The notes under the pieces are model-generated. The model saw nothing but the letters and a program-made list of their open reading frames with translations, was not told the DNA's origin and made no database searches. A program made the translations under genes and the position numbers. A stretch of 62,995 nucleotides of DNA, filler included, from Licmophora abbreviata (Eukaryota), in NCBI GenBank assembly GCA_900291995.1. It is 16 parts of 16 records of this genome, joined end to end, with 100 filler letters (N's around TTAATTAATTAA, not from the genome) between each part and the next. Parts side by side here need not be neighbours in the genome. Positions count along the whole stretch, not along the records: positions 18,849 to 23,043 come from OLMU01001362.1; positions 23,144 to 29,962 come from OLMU01001363.1; positions 30,063 to 37,449 come from OLMU01001364.1; 13 more parts are not named here. One strand, 5' to 3'. This document shows positions 22,675 to 35,192 of this stretch, one piece after another. How positions within the stretch are numbered: position 1 is the stretch's first letter; every line of letters begins with the position of its first letter.

Positions 22675-23267
22675 CACGACAATGGCGAGTCTGCACACAA
22701 GTCAGCGAAAAGACGACGAGGGAAGTGTATCTAAATGACGCTTGAAAATGTGAGAGATTTCCTTTTTTCGTTCTTTGATGTATCATCGGGTATGTATTGT
22801 TTATAATAATATTTCCAATGATGACGTTATACCAACGTTTATATCTTATTTATATTTTTTCCTCAATATCAATATACAGCCACAGATAATATCTAATTGA
22901 CCTAAACCTTATGGTATTATATATATAAATCGGGCGCGGAGTGTGGCCCCGCTCTGAGTATACTCCGAGTGGTTCAAAACCCGGAGGCTACCAGACGAAA
23001 CATATGGAAGACTCGATAAAAATACGTAATTTTTAGTGTTCGGNNNNNNNNNNNNNNNNNNNNNNNNNNNNNNNNNNNNNNNNNNNNTTAATTAATTAAN
23101 NNNNNNNNNNNNNNNNNNNNNNNNNNNNNNNNNNNNNNNNNNNTGCCCGCGCGTTGAGATGACATTACGACATTTCGCTGATGAACTGTCAACTTCTCTT
23201 GGGGGGTGTGAGGACGAGAGGGTTGCTTGACTTGTGATGAAGGACGAGAGCAATATCGGACATAAGA

Positions 23268-26200
23268 ATGGCGAACTATAGAACGAGACCAGCATCCCTG
23301 CGGGTGCTATTCGGATTATTCTGTGTGACTTTTTGCAGCTTTGGAATCTGCTTTCTCGTTTGTCCCTCGCCATTATCGCCGTCCATTCGGACTGCATCAC
23401 TTACCTCAAGTTCATCTATATTGTGGATTCTCGACTCCGCAAAACAACCTCTTGACAGACCGAGCACGATAGAAAACGAACCCGAAAGCGTCACAGAGTT
23501 TCCCAACATCGTTCTGGTGGCAGGGTTCGAATCCTTCAATCGAGATCTCTACTCGCAGGCTGCAAGAGATTTGCCGATTCATCTTCGAGTCTTTGCCGAT
23601 TCTGACATTCGGGTAGGCCCTGCCTTGAGCGAAGAAGACCTCGGCTTGAATCCAGAGTTTGTCGAGGCCCTTCAAAACGCTGACGCTTTCGTTGGGTCTC
23701 TGATTTTCGACTATGACGATGCACTAGCTGTGAAATCGCTGCTGCCACATATAACGGGCCCGCGCCTCGTTTTTGAAAGCGCCACAGAACTCATGACCTA
23801 CAACTCGATGGGATCCTTCAGCATGGATCCGGGAGAAGGAAGTTCTACGGGACCACCACCGGCGGTCAAGGCTATCTTGTCTAAGTTTTCGACGGGCAAG
23901 GAAGAGGACAAAATTTCGGGGTATTTGAAGTTGCTCAAGATTGGACCCACTCTCTTGAAGTTTGTGCCCGGTGAAAAGGCGAACGACCTTCGAACCTGGC
24001 TTGAAGCGTACCGCTATTGGAATCAGGGTGGAAAGAATAATGTTCGAGCAATGTTGCAGCTCGTTGCGCAGCGATGCAGAGGAATGGATGCAATGGAACT
24101 GAGACTACCTGAGCTGGAAGTTACACCCGATCTTGGACTTCTCCATCCTCTCCAAAGCCCTCCTGACCGATACTTTTTGTCGCCAGCGAGTTATCTTTCC
24201 TGGCGTCTGTCGCCTGAAGTTCGAAACCTTGCAGAGACATCAAAATTTTCGCTTGCTTCGAAGTCAGCCCCCCGTGTCGCACTTCTTCTCTATCGAAAGC
24301 ATGTTGTTACCGGGCAAAAGTACATCGACTATCTCATTGCCGAAATGGAGGATCAGGGTATTCTACCGATTCCAATATTTATCAACGGCGTCGAGGCGCA
24401 TACGATTGTACGAGATTTGTTGACTAGCCAACACGAGATTGACGGCGTTGCAAAAGGCGCCATTGTACGAGATTCCACCTACGAGCCATCAATGGCGGTG
24501 CGGGTAGACGCCATTGTGTCCACTATTGGATTTCCTCTTGTAGGCGGGCCAGCAGGTTCCATGGAGGCTGGACGTAATGCGGATATAGCTGGTACCCTTC
24601 TTCAGAACATGAACGTACCCTACATTGTTGCCAGTCCGTTGCTTCTTCAGAGTATTCCTCAATGGCGAACAAATGGAGTTCTTGGGCTTCAATCTGTTGT
24701 GCTGTACTCCCTACCAGAACTCGATGGTGCCATCGATACAGTAGTCCTTGGGGGCTTGGTTGGAGACAAAATTGCTCTGATTCCGGAACGAGTGCGCAAA
24801 CTGGCTAGTCGGGTCAAAGGGTGGGTGAATCTGCGTAGAACGCCCGTTGAAGATCGAAGAATCGCCGTTTCATTGTATGGTTTTCCTCCGAACGTGGGAG
24901 CTGTTGGAACAGCAGCCCTTCTGGACGTTCCTCAGTCTCTAGAATCCCTCTTAAGGAGGCTAAACGAGGAAGGATATGACGTGGGAGAATTTAGTACCGA
25001 CGTTGACGCGTCCGGTGAAAGCATCATTGCAGCTTTGGCGATTCTGAGCGAGAATTCTGTCATCGCAGCCGGTGCAGAGTACATGCAGGTTGCGGTGGAG
25101 TCCAAGATGGAGCGGGCGCGCGAGGGCGATACTGCTGTCGCTGCCACGCTTGCTCGACCGGGAGGTGGCCTTGGCGGTGGTAAAGTGTGGGCGACAAATA
25201 TTTCTAGAAATGAGCTCGATGAAGCTTTGGGAAGGTACATGGCCAAAAAGGTGCGAAGAGCCTGGGCCGAAAATGACCGTGGACCCGGCGTCGCTTCTTC
25301 AGGCGACCTGGTGGTATCGGGCATTCAGATTGGGAACGTTTTCGTCACTGTCCAACCCCTTCTGGGTGTGGAGGGTGACCCTATGCGGCTGCTTTTCGAA
25401 CGCGATCTGACCCCACATCCGCAGTACTGTGCTGCGTACGAGTGGCTTAGGAGACCACAATCAATGGGAGGCATTTCATGTCATGCTGTTGTTCATCTTG
25501 GGATGCATGGGACCGTAGAATGGCTTCCCGGACAGCCCCTTGGGAACGATAGGCAGTCGTGGAGTGACGAGCTGCTCGGGGAACTCCCGAATATCTATGT
25601 CTACGCCGCCAACAATCCGTCTGAGAGTATTCTGGCCAAACGCAGAGGCTATGGCACACTTGTGAGCTACAATGTCCCACCGTATGGTCGCGCTGGTCTC
25701 TATCTGGAGCTGGCAAATCTTAGGGAACTCGTTTCTGAGTATCGCACGGAAGAACAGAACAAGAACGAGTCTGCCAATTCTCAAACACGAGAGGCAATAT
25801 ACGCTCTTTGTCATAAGAGTGCCATCACCAAAGATGTCCCACTCCTTTGGAGTCTGGACGACCCTGATCATGACAGCTCAGACTTACCGGACGACATCCC
25901 CGGGGATGTGTTCGATGATTGGATCTCAAATGTGTCGGACTACTTGACAGTGCTCCAGGATAGGCTTTTCTCTAGTGGCCTTCACACTCTTGGTGGATGT
26001 CCGACCGTAAAGGAGCTCAGCTCGTATCTACAGGCTTACTTTGGCAACCAACTGACGGAAGAGGAGTGTCATATGCTCATTACGTCGTGGCAAGGGTCGC
26101 CAGAAGCCAAGGAAGCGTCGCCAGATCCCCTTTCCTCGTTTCTGTCATGGTGGAAGGGCATGAACGCCCCCAAGCAAAACTATTCGGAAGAAACGGATAG

Positions 26201-27792
26201 TGGCAGATTGGAATCATCGCGCAACCGTGAAATTTACGAGCGCGCCTCAGAGATCATCGCACTTCTCTCTCGGTCGACCGAAGAGCTAGATGCTGTTCTC
26301 AATGCGCTCGACGGAGGCTACGTGCCGGCGTCTCCTGGCGGAGATCTACTTCGAGACGGACCAGCAGTTCTGCCTACGGGAAGAAACATTCACGCCCTTG
26401 ACCCGTACAGGATGCCATCCGCTTCAGCATGGTCGCGAGGACAACTTGCTGCTGAGGAGATTCTCCGGCAACACAAGGAAATGCATAGAGGACAATACCC
26501 CGAAACTGTTGCTGTTTCTTTATGGGGACTAGACGCCATTAAGACGAAAGGTATGTATTTGGGTCGTCCGTTTTCACGCACACAAATCGTACGATGAGAT
26601 TCCAACCTGTCATCTTGGCCATTCGAGTAGGAGAATCTGTCGCGATCGTGCTGTCACTCGTGGGAGCTGAACCAGTTCGCGAGGGTACCGGTCGCATCGT
26701 TCGCTTCGACTTGTTGCCGTTAGAAGAACTAGGAAGACCGAGAATCGACGTGCTGGCATCACTTTCTGGGATTTTTCGTGACTCTTTTGCCAATATTGTC
26801 GATTTGCTGGACGACATGTTCGAGAGAGCCGCGACGGCCAATGAACCTACTTCCATGAACTTTATAAGGAAACATTCAATGCTCCTTGCAGAGACTGGTG
26901 TCAACAGGTCTGCGGCTCGTCTTTTCTCGAACCCTCCTGGGGATTACGGAAGTATGGTGAACGAACGGGTTGGTACTGGTGATTGGGAGGACGAGTCATC
27001 TCTCGGCGAAACATGGACCAAGCGGAATGCATTCTCGTACGGTAGAAACGAGGGAGATGGAGGCGCAAAGACCGGAACCGCTCGACCCGAAGTGCTGGAT
27101 CTGCTTCTCAACACGACAGAGCGGGTTGTCCAAGAGATCGATAGTGTCGAATATGGACTTACTGATATCCAGGAGGTAAGTCGACCAAAGCTCTCGTGAC
27201 CGAATAGTTGCAAAAATGTCTCACTTGGTAATCCTTGTCCTTGTCTCCGTAGTATTACGCAAATACTGGTGCGCTCAAGAAGGCAGCTGAGAATAGAAAG
27301 AGCATTGATGCCACAACCGGCAAACGAAAGAAGGTGTCGATATCTGTCATTGAGGCGTTCGGGGGGCCAGGAAACGACTCGAACGTGCCTGTTCGAGAAG
27401 TCGAAGATGTTCTACGGCTCGAGTATCGCAGCAAGCTTCTGAATCCGAAATGGCGGGATGCTATGCTTGATCAAGGCTCAGGAGGCGCCTACGAGATATC
27501 GCAGCGGATGACCGCGGCAGTCGGTTGGGCTGCAACGGCAGAAGTAGATAATTTTGTTTTCGATCAAGCTGCTGAAAGGTATGCATTGGACGAAGAAGTG
27601 GCAAAGAAACTACAGAAAAACAACCCTGAAGCCTTCAAGAACATAGTTAGAAGGCTGTTGGAAGCTGCGGGTAGAGGAATGTGGAGCACGAGCGAAGACG
27701 TCCTGGACAAGTTACGAGATCTCTACAGCGATGCTGATGATCTAGTGGAAAAGGGGTCTTCCACTCAGAGGCAGATTGCATCAAGGAAGTAG
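23268..27792 (+). CDS. CHLH: Magnesium chelatase H subunit-like protein (CobN/ChlH family, divergent ChlH2/BchH type), plastid-targeted. Introns 26551-26630 and 27176-27252
   Basis: GFPLVGGPA, LPELDG, YGFPP, EGDPMRLLF, HLGMHGTVEWLPG, NNPSESILAKRR, LPTGRNIHALDP, SGIFRD, DSVEYGLTDIQEYYAN, KLLNPKW. Confidence 0.93.
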
Positions 27793-27852
27793 AATTTAGC
27801 TATGATTTGTAAAACTTGTAAAACGTCTCCCATCCCTGCCACCGCAGCATCC

Positions 27853-30432
27853 TCACGGTGAGAAGAGAGACATTACATCGCAGTTCAGGGTCAATTCGAC
27901 AGTCTGCAAAAGCTCTTGTAACGGCATTTCGAATTCACTTACGAGCTCGTCGTCACTCCGTGTGCCGTCCATCTTGGCGGCAACACGTGTTGCGAGAGCG
28001 TGGCCCTTATCGGCTTTATCGTTACCCGTTGTGTGGCGAAAGCCATTCTGTTGGGAAATTCGGCCGCAACCATCGGCCCGTTCGACTGCAAATGGATACG
28101 CATGAACTCGACGCAAGAGGCCATGCACAATACCGAAAGTGGCGAATCTTCGATGATCAAAGCTTTTGAACGAGGCTCTCCAATCAATTCCGTAAACGTC
28201 ACTTTTGTTTCTCGCTTCGGACTGGCCCACCGAATGTGATCGGGGACGCCGAAGTGGGCCCTCGCCGGGCTTGGAAGTGTCCCGCTTCACAAGAGGGAGC
28301 GTGTGAGAGTTCTGAATTTTGAATATAAGTATTTCGCTGAGTGGAATATTCCGCTGACAAGAGCAGTACAATTCTGCCAGAGTGGCCTTCATTCTGCGAT
28401 GTTCCCTTCGAGATGATGCGGACTGGTGCAACTCATGAGTGGCAGCAATGGAGCCAATCCTATGACCAGCATTCCTGAAGCTGCCAGACCAAGATCGAGT
28501 CTCAGGAGGAAATGAAGAGTTCACTCCATTCGATCCTGGTTGCAGATATCCTTCTTGGTGAAGGCTACTAGAAAGAGTATCCTGTGAACCCTTATCAGCC
28601 CTCGGTCTGTGGGATACGAAGTCCACAGCTTCTTGTAGGATCTTCTGATCTTTGCCCGCAAGCATGGCGGTTGCTTGCGCGGTACACTCGTATCGATTCG
28701 AATAGAAGAACATGTCGACAAACGCAATTACTCCGTGGTGCTTCAACACTCGAAGACACGCCCTCGCCATTTCCATGTCAACGTCCGCCTTGGTCGCGAT
28801 CAGCCGCGCATTATCAACGCCGTCAATGTGAAGGACAATCCACTTGATCGCCAGGTCCCAGTCATACTGTTACGAATGAAAATAAAAAAACAATGTGAAA
28901 GTCAGAACAATCATGCGATCTTTCCATGAGGTCTACATGCATGCAAACATACCATATTCAAGAGCTCTTCTCTTATCAGAACAGGCACGACGTGGTCATG
29001 CACTGGTGTCGCCGGAGGCTTTGGCGTTCGATAAAGCTTAAGATTCACCCAGTTTGAGTCGTCCAAGAGCAGATTACATTCCATCTCAGGGCTGTTTAGA
29101 GAAACTAGGAGACGATCCAACATGACCTGCAATCGTGGCCTCTTAGCAGGATCTGACAAGAACTCTGACTCTACTTCCAGCGTATGCAGAGCACCAGCCC
29201 ACTTGGCAAGCAAAGGCCTAAACGGCCGTGGGTCTTCCACACGACGCAGGACAAAGCCAACACTGAACAAGAGTGCATTGCGATCGTATTTCTCATCTGC
29301 AATGACGGTCGGGCGAGTCAGAATGTGCATGCTGTGCGTCGACAGGTTGATCATCTTCCCAGCAAGCTCAGTTCCGTTGATGGTGTATTCACTCGTTGCA
29401 TCGAAAATTGACAAGTCTGAGGTACTATCGGGTCCTGGTACCTCTTCGACTATGGTCTCATCATTCTCTTCTTGTTCGACATCTCTCGATAAGTCCAAAT
29501 CCTTTGCGCCATCGTGCTTAATTGTCTCATTGACGCGACCCGTGTCGTGCTGTCCACGTATTCGCTCGAAAGCCTCCTCCAGAAGTGTATGAATGTCATT
29601 CATCTGAATACTCGTACGATGGTCCATGAACTGCAAGGGACTCTGAAAGCTAACCTTGGGACCGACGATGTTGTCAAATTCTGCATAAAAGCAGCAGAAG
29701 AGTGGACACCGCGGGGTTTCTTTTGGAGTGGGCAGTGGCTGCTGTTGAAGCGACCTAAGTAGATCATCCGTCTCCTCCGCAGCAAAGTCGAATGAGTCGG
29801 ATGACACGACCTCTGGTCCAGTAGGAGCCTCTCTAGAAGGAATAGGGACTATGCCGCGCATGGAACTAGAGGAAGAAGCTTTCGATGATTGTCGTAGTGA
29901 CGGGGGGCGAGGGAGGTTGGATGGAGATGACTGTCGCGTTCTCAGTGTTTTCGATTCCGAAGNNNNNNNNNNNNNNNNNNNNNNNNNNNNNNNNNNNNNN
30001 NNNNNNTTAATTAATTAANNNNNNNNNNNNNNNNNNNNNNNNNNNNNNNNNNNNNNNNNNNNATTCCGAAGGGATAGTCAGGGGGAGAGAATTAGACTGC
30101 TGTACGATTCCTTGAGCAACAGATGCGTCTACGGTAGGATTCGGAGACATAGACTCTGTTTTTGAAGCTTTCTCTGATGGTGACACTTGAGTGGAGGCCG
30201 AGGGTGGCGCTTCCGCATCAAACGAGGCTTCCTCCTCAGCCGTAGCCACCGGATGATGAAGCAGTGATAGCGGCTGTTTCAAATTAGTGCTGGTCGCGTC
30301 GCCTCTGAGATCTGCAGAGGACCGATCCATTGCGGCTGACAATGGCGGCAACGCCTCATCATCAGGTCTCACGGATTTTGCAGCAGGGTCTTTCGCTTCA
30401 CTCGTCTTCTCGTCTGACCCTGACGATTTCAT
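27853..30432 (-). CDS. NPRL2: GATOR1 subunit NPRL2/Npr2 with a long disordered N-terminal extension. Intron 28867-28952; joined across spacer 29963-30062
   Basis: FYAEFDNIVGPKVSFQSP, KYDRNALLFSVGF, LEVESEFLS, WDLAI..HIDG, FFYSNRY, RRFATFGIVHGLLRRVHAYP, MDG..SDDE. A 9-nt overlap across the spacer restores the frame. Confidence 0.88.
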
Positions 30433-30767
30433 ATTTCTTTCAGTCGAGCTACGCTGACAAACTTCTGAGTCGGGGAGCCTCAGGCGTAACTGTCAGAAGC
30501 CGCCAGATGTGTCCGTCTTCTTGGTTTCCCCATGGTCGCCGTGTCCTCTGTGATTTCTGCGTGATGAAGGAAGCTAGTAGATTACGTTGAGTCGAATGAG
30601 TCAACCTTCGAGCTGGTGTGCACCGGTACCTCCACTCGTACGTTTGGCCAGCATAGTCGGCGCATTCTCTCCAATCCATGGCGAAGAAGTCATGCTCTAT
30701 CTAGTACCAGAGGTAGTCAAAAATGTGCATTGGATTTACAACAATGGCGCCATAACCCTGCCAAGTC

Positions 30768-33472
30768 TTAGCTTCTAAAGATCGTCTGCAGTGTAGAAAC
30801 AAGCTGTGCATCGTCCGCCACCTTGCCATCAGTCTTCACCGCGTCGTTCAGATTGTCAATGACTTGGACGAGTTGCGTCTTCTTGTCTGTGCCGAAATAC
30901 GAGGAGCGGAGAGCATCCACACATCTGGGCGCAGTTAACATGGCACCGAGGGGTTGTACTAAAGACAACGAAACAGGCGGCCTTATGACTTCCAATACTC
31001 CACCGACAAAGTAGCGAATCAGCGAAGCGTCGATTTCCGACTTGCCCTGTTCTCGAAGCCGAGTAGTGATACTATCGAGCACCGACGTCACTTCCCCTTG
31101 AGCTAGCAGGAAGAGAAGCAGGCGAAGTGACTGCTCTTTCAAGTCATTCATTGTTTGGTAGGATATTTCAGAGTTTGAATGGCGCAGAAAGACGAGGGCG
31201 ACATCCAGAACAGCCCTACGCGTGAACGGATGTCGTTCACTGATGATGCGGACAAGTGAGAGAATGCTTGGAGATAGCGTTGGATACGGGGGTGACGTTA
31301 CAAACTCGGGATTGTGAGTGATCTCGGCGGCCCACACAATGACCCCCTGTGCGATGGTAGCGTTCTTCAGCGACAGGGCACAAAGCTTCGCTCCTGCAGA
31401 AGCATCGTCCCCAATCTCATCATCACGGCTGACTGTAAACCCGACCATGTTCTCGAGCAGTTCACAGAGCTGGCTAGCTGTGAGCAGCATCCGAGTGATT
31501 CCTTCCGCCTCTGACTCGTCCTCTTCTCCAGTGTTTGGAGTCACGGGCCCCTGGTCAAGGACGGCGTCCTTCGCCGAGACAACTGACAATGCAATGAGTC
31601 GAGCACACTTGTTTCGTGTCACCATGGACGATGTTCTGGAAGACCCTGGCTTGAAAAGGTGACCAAGTAAGGTCTTGACCGTGAGAGGGTATTGTATCAT
31701 TAAATTTCCGATCATCCCATCCCCTGAGTCACCTTCACTCCTTAGCAGTTGATCGAGCAAACCGTCATCCAATGGGCTTCCCATTGACTGTTTTCGAAGA
31801 AGTTTGAGCAAGCATGCTTCAAGTCTATCCCGTCGATGATCATCCTTCTCATCTTTTTCGGTCCCAGGCTCCTGTCGGCGCCGCTGTCGCTGATGCAGAT
31901 CGCTCATCGTGAGAGCAAGATCAAGCCGGCGCTTGCGAAATAGAGTCGAGGCACCAGAGGAGAAAGAAGGGTCAACCATGCTGCCTTCCAATTCTTCACG
32001 AAGACGGTTCCATTTCCGAATGAATCCCTGGAGTCTGTGTGAGCCGCCAGTGTCGGAGGAAGCTTTCGACTCGGCGCCCGATACTAGAGCTCGCAACAAC
32101 TGGACGGGCAATAAGTGAGTAAGACGAGGAGCTCTGGTTGGGTTTCAACAGGGCTAGATCGGTGGCGGGAACCTACCTCAATAGCGTACAAATAGGTGTA
32201 ACTCGTGGAAGTACAAGTCCGCCGTAGATCTTCGACAAGCTCGTCGATCCCAATCGACGAATCCGGAGCATTCGATCCCACTGACGACGCGGCAGTGGCG
32301 ACTGTAGCGAACTCCGATGCCAGCATCGCATTGTATACTGAAAAGTGATCAGACTGATTTACTCGTTTGGCAATCTCACGATGGTGTCCACGCTTTGAGA
32401 TTGATTGCAGGCAATACATAAGAAGCGCACTGTCTTTGTGTGCAGCGGACAAATCAATCAACAGCTTCCTCCATCGCTCCGAGTCAATCATGTCCTCCAA
32501 GAATTTTGCTTCTGCTTTGGACAAATGAAGTATGTCGTCACCGCCTGACTTTGTGAAACGCTCCTTGGCAATCTTGTTCACTATATTTTGTGCTACGTCT
32601 CGAACCTCATCCGCGGCCGAGTTGAAGGAATCTTTCTTCTGCACACCCTCGGTTGACGACACGGACGACTTGATATCCGCAAGCCACAAACCGAGCAAAC
32701 CGCAGATAGCAGTATCACCAGTGTAACTGTCAATAAGGGATTGTGTCGCCTTCTGGGCACCAACGCTTGGGCCATGGCTAGAGAGCAATTGATGGACGTG
32801 CGTAAGACAATCTGGTTCCATGACGGCATCCGGGCGCTTCAGAGCTTTCTCCGCATCTTCGAGTAGCTTCACTTGAGGGTCTATCTCCTCCTCCTCCTCT
32901 TCTTCTTCTTCTTCTTCGTTAACCTTCTCAATATTTTCTGCCTTTTCCTCTTGCTCTTCGACTCTTTCACCCGTTTCCTTGGGAGAAACATCCGTCGCGA
33001 CGGCTTCGTGCCTCGAATCTTCGTCGACATAATCCTCAGGCTTGTCCCACTGCGTCTCCCCTGTCACGGAATTGTAAAAGTACTCCCGCCCTTCGTCGTC
33101 TTCATACTTCACCCACGCGGCCGGATCCTGTTCTTCTTCTTGCTTGGGCGATGCAGTCTCCTCCTCCTCCTCCTCCTCTTGCTGTGGGTCGTCGGCGCCG
33201 TTTGCCGTGAATTGCCCCTCCTCCTCTCCCGCGTTGACTAGTTCCTGTGGTGGCGGTGGATTAAATTTGTCGGGTTCTTCCCAGGAACTTTCAGTTGTCG
33301 TACTATTGTAATAATAGATGCGTCCGTCTGCGTCGTAGTACGCGGACCATTCCAATGGATCGCAATCTCCGTCCTCCAAAGTCGCCGCCGTTGCTCCGCC
33401 ATCGTCTGCAATATCAGGTTCCGTCGTTTGTTCGAGAGTGACTTCGTTTGAATTATCCTGCTCTGTCGACAT
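30768..33472 (-). CDS. NELFCD: NELF-C/D (TH1-like) protein with two N-terminal WW domains. Intron 32100-32176
   Basis: WW repeats WSAYYDADGRIYYYNSTTTESSWEEP and WVKYEDDEGREYFYNSVTGETQWDKP. TH1-like DAVMEP, LIDSYTG..ICGLLGLWL, WRKLLIDLS..HKDS.LL.YCLQSISKRGH, YTYLY, DASLIRYFV..VLEVI.PP.S. Confidence 0.75.
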
Positions 33473-33788
33473 GCTGTTCCTTCCCTCTGTAGCGACGATG
33501 GTGTGATGATGTGAACGGGCAGAACGAAATAAAGCCTTGTGTGCATTTCATCGTCGTCGTCGCCGCCGTGTGCCATTAGCCGCAGCTTCAGTCAGTGATA
33601 CGCGGCGCTGCATCCCGGTAGAATGCAAGACTGTCGCGGGGCTGATGTACACGCCTTCGGCGAGCTACGAGTACTTTCAAAGGTCTACAGTGTCCGCCAG
33701 GTGGTGCCATAGCGAACATATTCTAGACATTGGTTTTCAAAAAGACATGATGGTAGAGCAGAGACCTTTACATTGTATGTACAGCAGG

Positions 33789-34997
33789 TCAGTCTAGCTC
33801 GCCGCCCGATGGCCGACTTTCTAAAGTCCATTTCATCTGCTTGGTCTCACGCAAGGCCTGAGCTGTCTTCTTCTGAGCCTCAGCTTTCGTCAACAAGAAG
33901 TATTTTCCAGTGCCTCTCTCTGCTTTCACAAAACGCCCCCCATACTTTTCTACAAAGTCAACAATATTCCGACTCAGCGTCGTCTTGGCTTGTTTGACAC
34001 GACTGCCTCGATAATGAGTACGCATTTGCGCAACGACCTGACGATAGCGTTTGTTGCCCGAATGGTGATTGCTCTTTCCTCCGCGACCACACATGACATC
34101 CCACTTTTGAATTGTTTCAATGTAAATTCGTTCATCCTCCGACTCTGGTATGAGTTCGGCGTGCTTGACACTATGGACCGCCTCAGACAAGAGGTCCAAT
34201 GCTGTCTGAGGCTCGTCGGGCGGCGGGGGAGGAGGCGGAGGTGAAGGAAGAGGAGGTTGCATCCGTGGAGGTGGAGGTGGTTGAGAAAGAAGGAGTGAGC
34301 CATCAGTTTGAGGGTGCATGGGAGGCTTTCTGGGAATTGGTAGTTGAAATACGGGGCGAATAGGATGCGGCGGAAGCATGGCTTGGTGTCGCGGACGACC
34401 GAGTGGATCGAGAAGCTCTGGACAAGGCATTGGTCGGAATCGCCTCTGAACTTTCGGCGTCAAATCTCTGGTTTCTTCTACCAGGAGGACCTGGGGTCGC
34501 TTGCCGATACTGACTGTCTGTAGTTTCCATGCTTGCTCTCTTACATTAGTTGGACGCGGCACAAACGAAGGTGTATCCGCACATCCCATGGGTACGGCCA
34601 TTGAAGGATACATTCCTGGTACGGCTGCGCCAAAAGTCACTCCTCTCTGAGGTTGTACCCCTCGCAGAGGTGGCTGGCCGAAAAATCCACCCCCGATTCG
34701 AGATTGTTCGGCCCTGAGTCCTTGGCGCCGTGGTGGAGGGGGCATGCCAGAGGCACCGGCCGTCAGTCCGGACACGAGAACAGTCCCACCTTTCATCTTT
34801 CCATTTTTCGATTTCTTGGAAGCGGATCCCTTTTTGTTCTGTTGGGTCATGGCAGCAGACGAAAGTGACGCTTGTCTCTTCTTGTCGGCGCGGGCTCTCG
34901 TGGTCGACGTCGTGCTTGTGAGAGCACACTCAACATTCTGTTGAGGACGGTGTGACAGAGTTTGCCGTCGTTCCGTCATTTTCAATCTCGACGCCAT
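33789..34997 (-). CDS. DUF6824-type diatom putative transcription regulator with a Pro-rich linker
   Basis: DVMCGRGGKSNHHSGNKRYR...GGRF...KTAQALRE C-terminal domain. Confidence 0.8.
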   Translation of the reverse strand: MASRLKMTERRQTLSHRPQQNVECALTSTTSTTRARADKKRQASLSSAAMTQQNKKGSASKKSKNGKMKGGTVLVSGLTAGASGMPPPPRRQGLRAEQSRIGGGFFGQPPLRGVQPQRGVTFGAAVPGMYPSMAVPMGCADTPSFVPRPTNVREQAWKLQTVSIGKRPQVLLVEETRDLTPKVQRRFRPMPCPELLDPLGRPRHQAMLPPHPIRPVFQLPIPRKPPMHPQTDGSLLLSQPPPPPRMQPPLPSPPPPPPPPDEPQTALDLLSEAVHSVKHAELIPESEDERIYIETIQKWDVMCGRGGKSNHHSGNKRYRQVVAQMRTHYRGSRVKQAKTTLSRNIVDFVEKYGGRFVKAERGTGKYFLLTKAEAQKKTAQALRETKQMKWTLESRPSGGELD

Positions 34998-35192
34998 AAT
35001 CGTTTTTCGTGAAGTAGAGAAATTTAGCCTTACACAATACTCCGTATCTGTACTAAACATATTAATTCTCAGACGTGCCGCAGCGCGCGTTTCGAACTGG
35101 AAACTTGAAGTCGACATGAAATGAAAGATCCTGATGATTGCGGCAGGTATGATGATGAAGGGCCCACGCTCATCATCCGATGGAAACACATC

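Noticed and set aside
22930..22993. tRNA-like element or LTR primer-binding site (GGTTCAAA...GCTACCA)
   Set aside because: No cloverleaf, D-arm or acceptor pairing, and no adjacent TG...CA LTR end.
13183..27792. Tetrapyrrole/photosynthesis cluster (HemW, Lhcr, ChlH)
   Set aside because: Interspersed with unrelated genes on both strands; consistent with chance in a compact genome.
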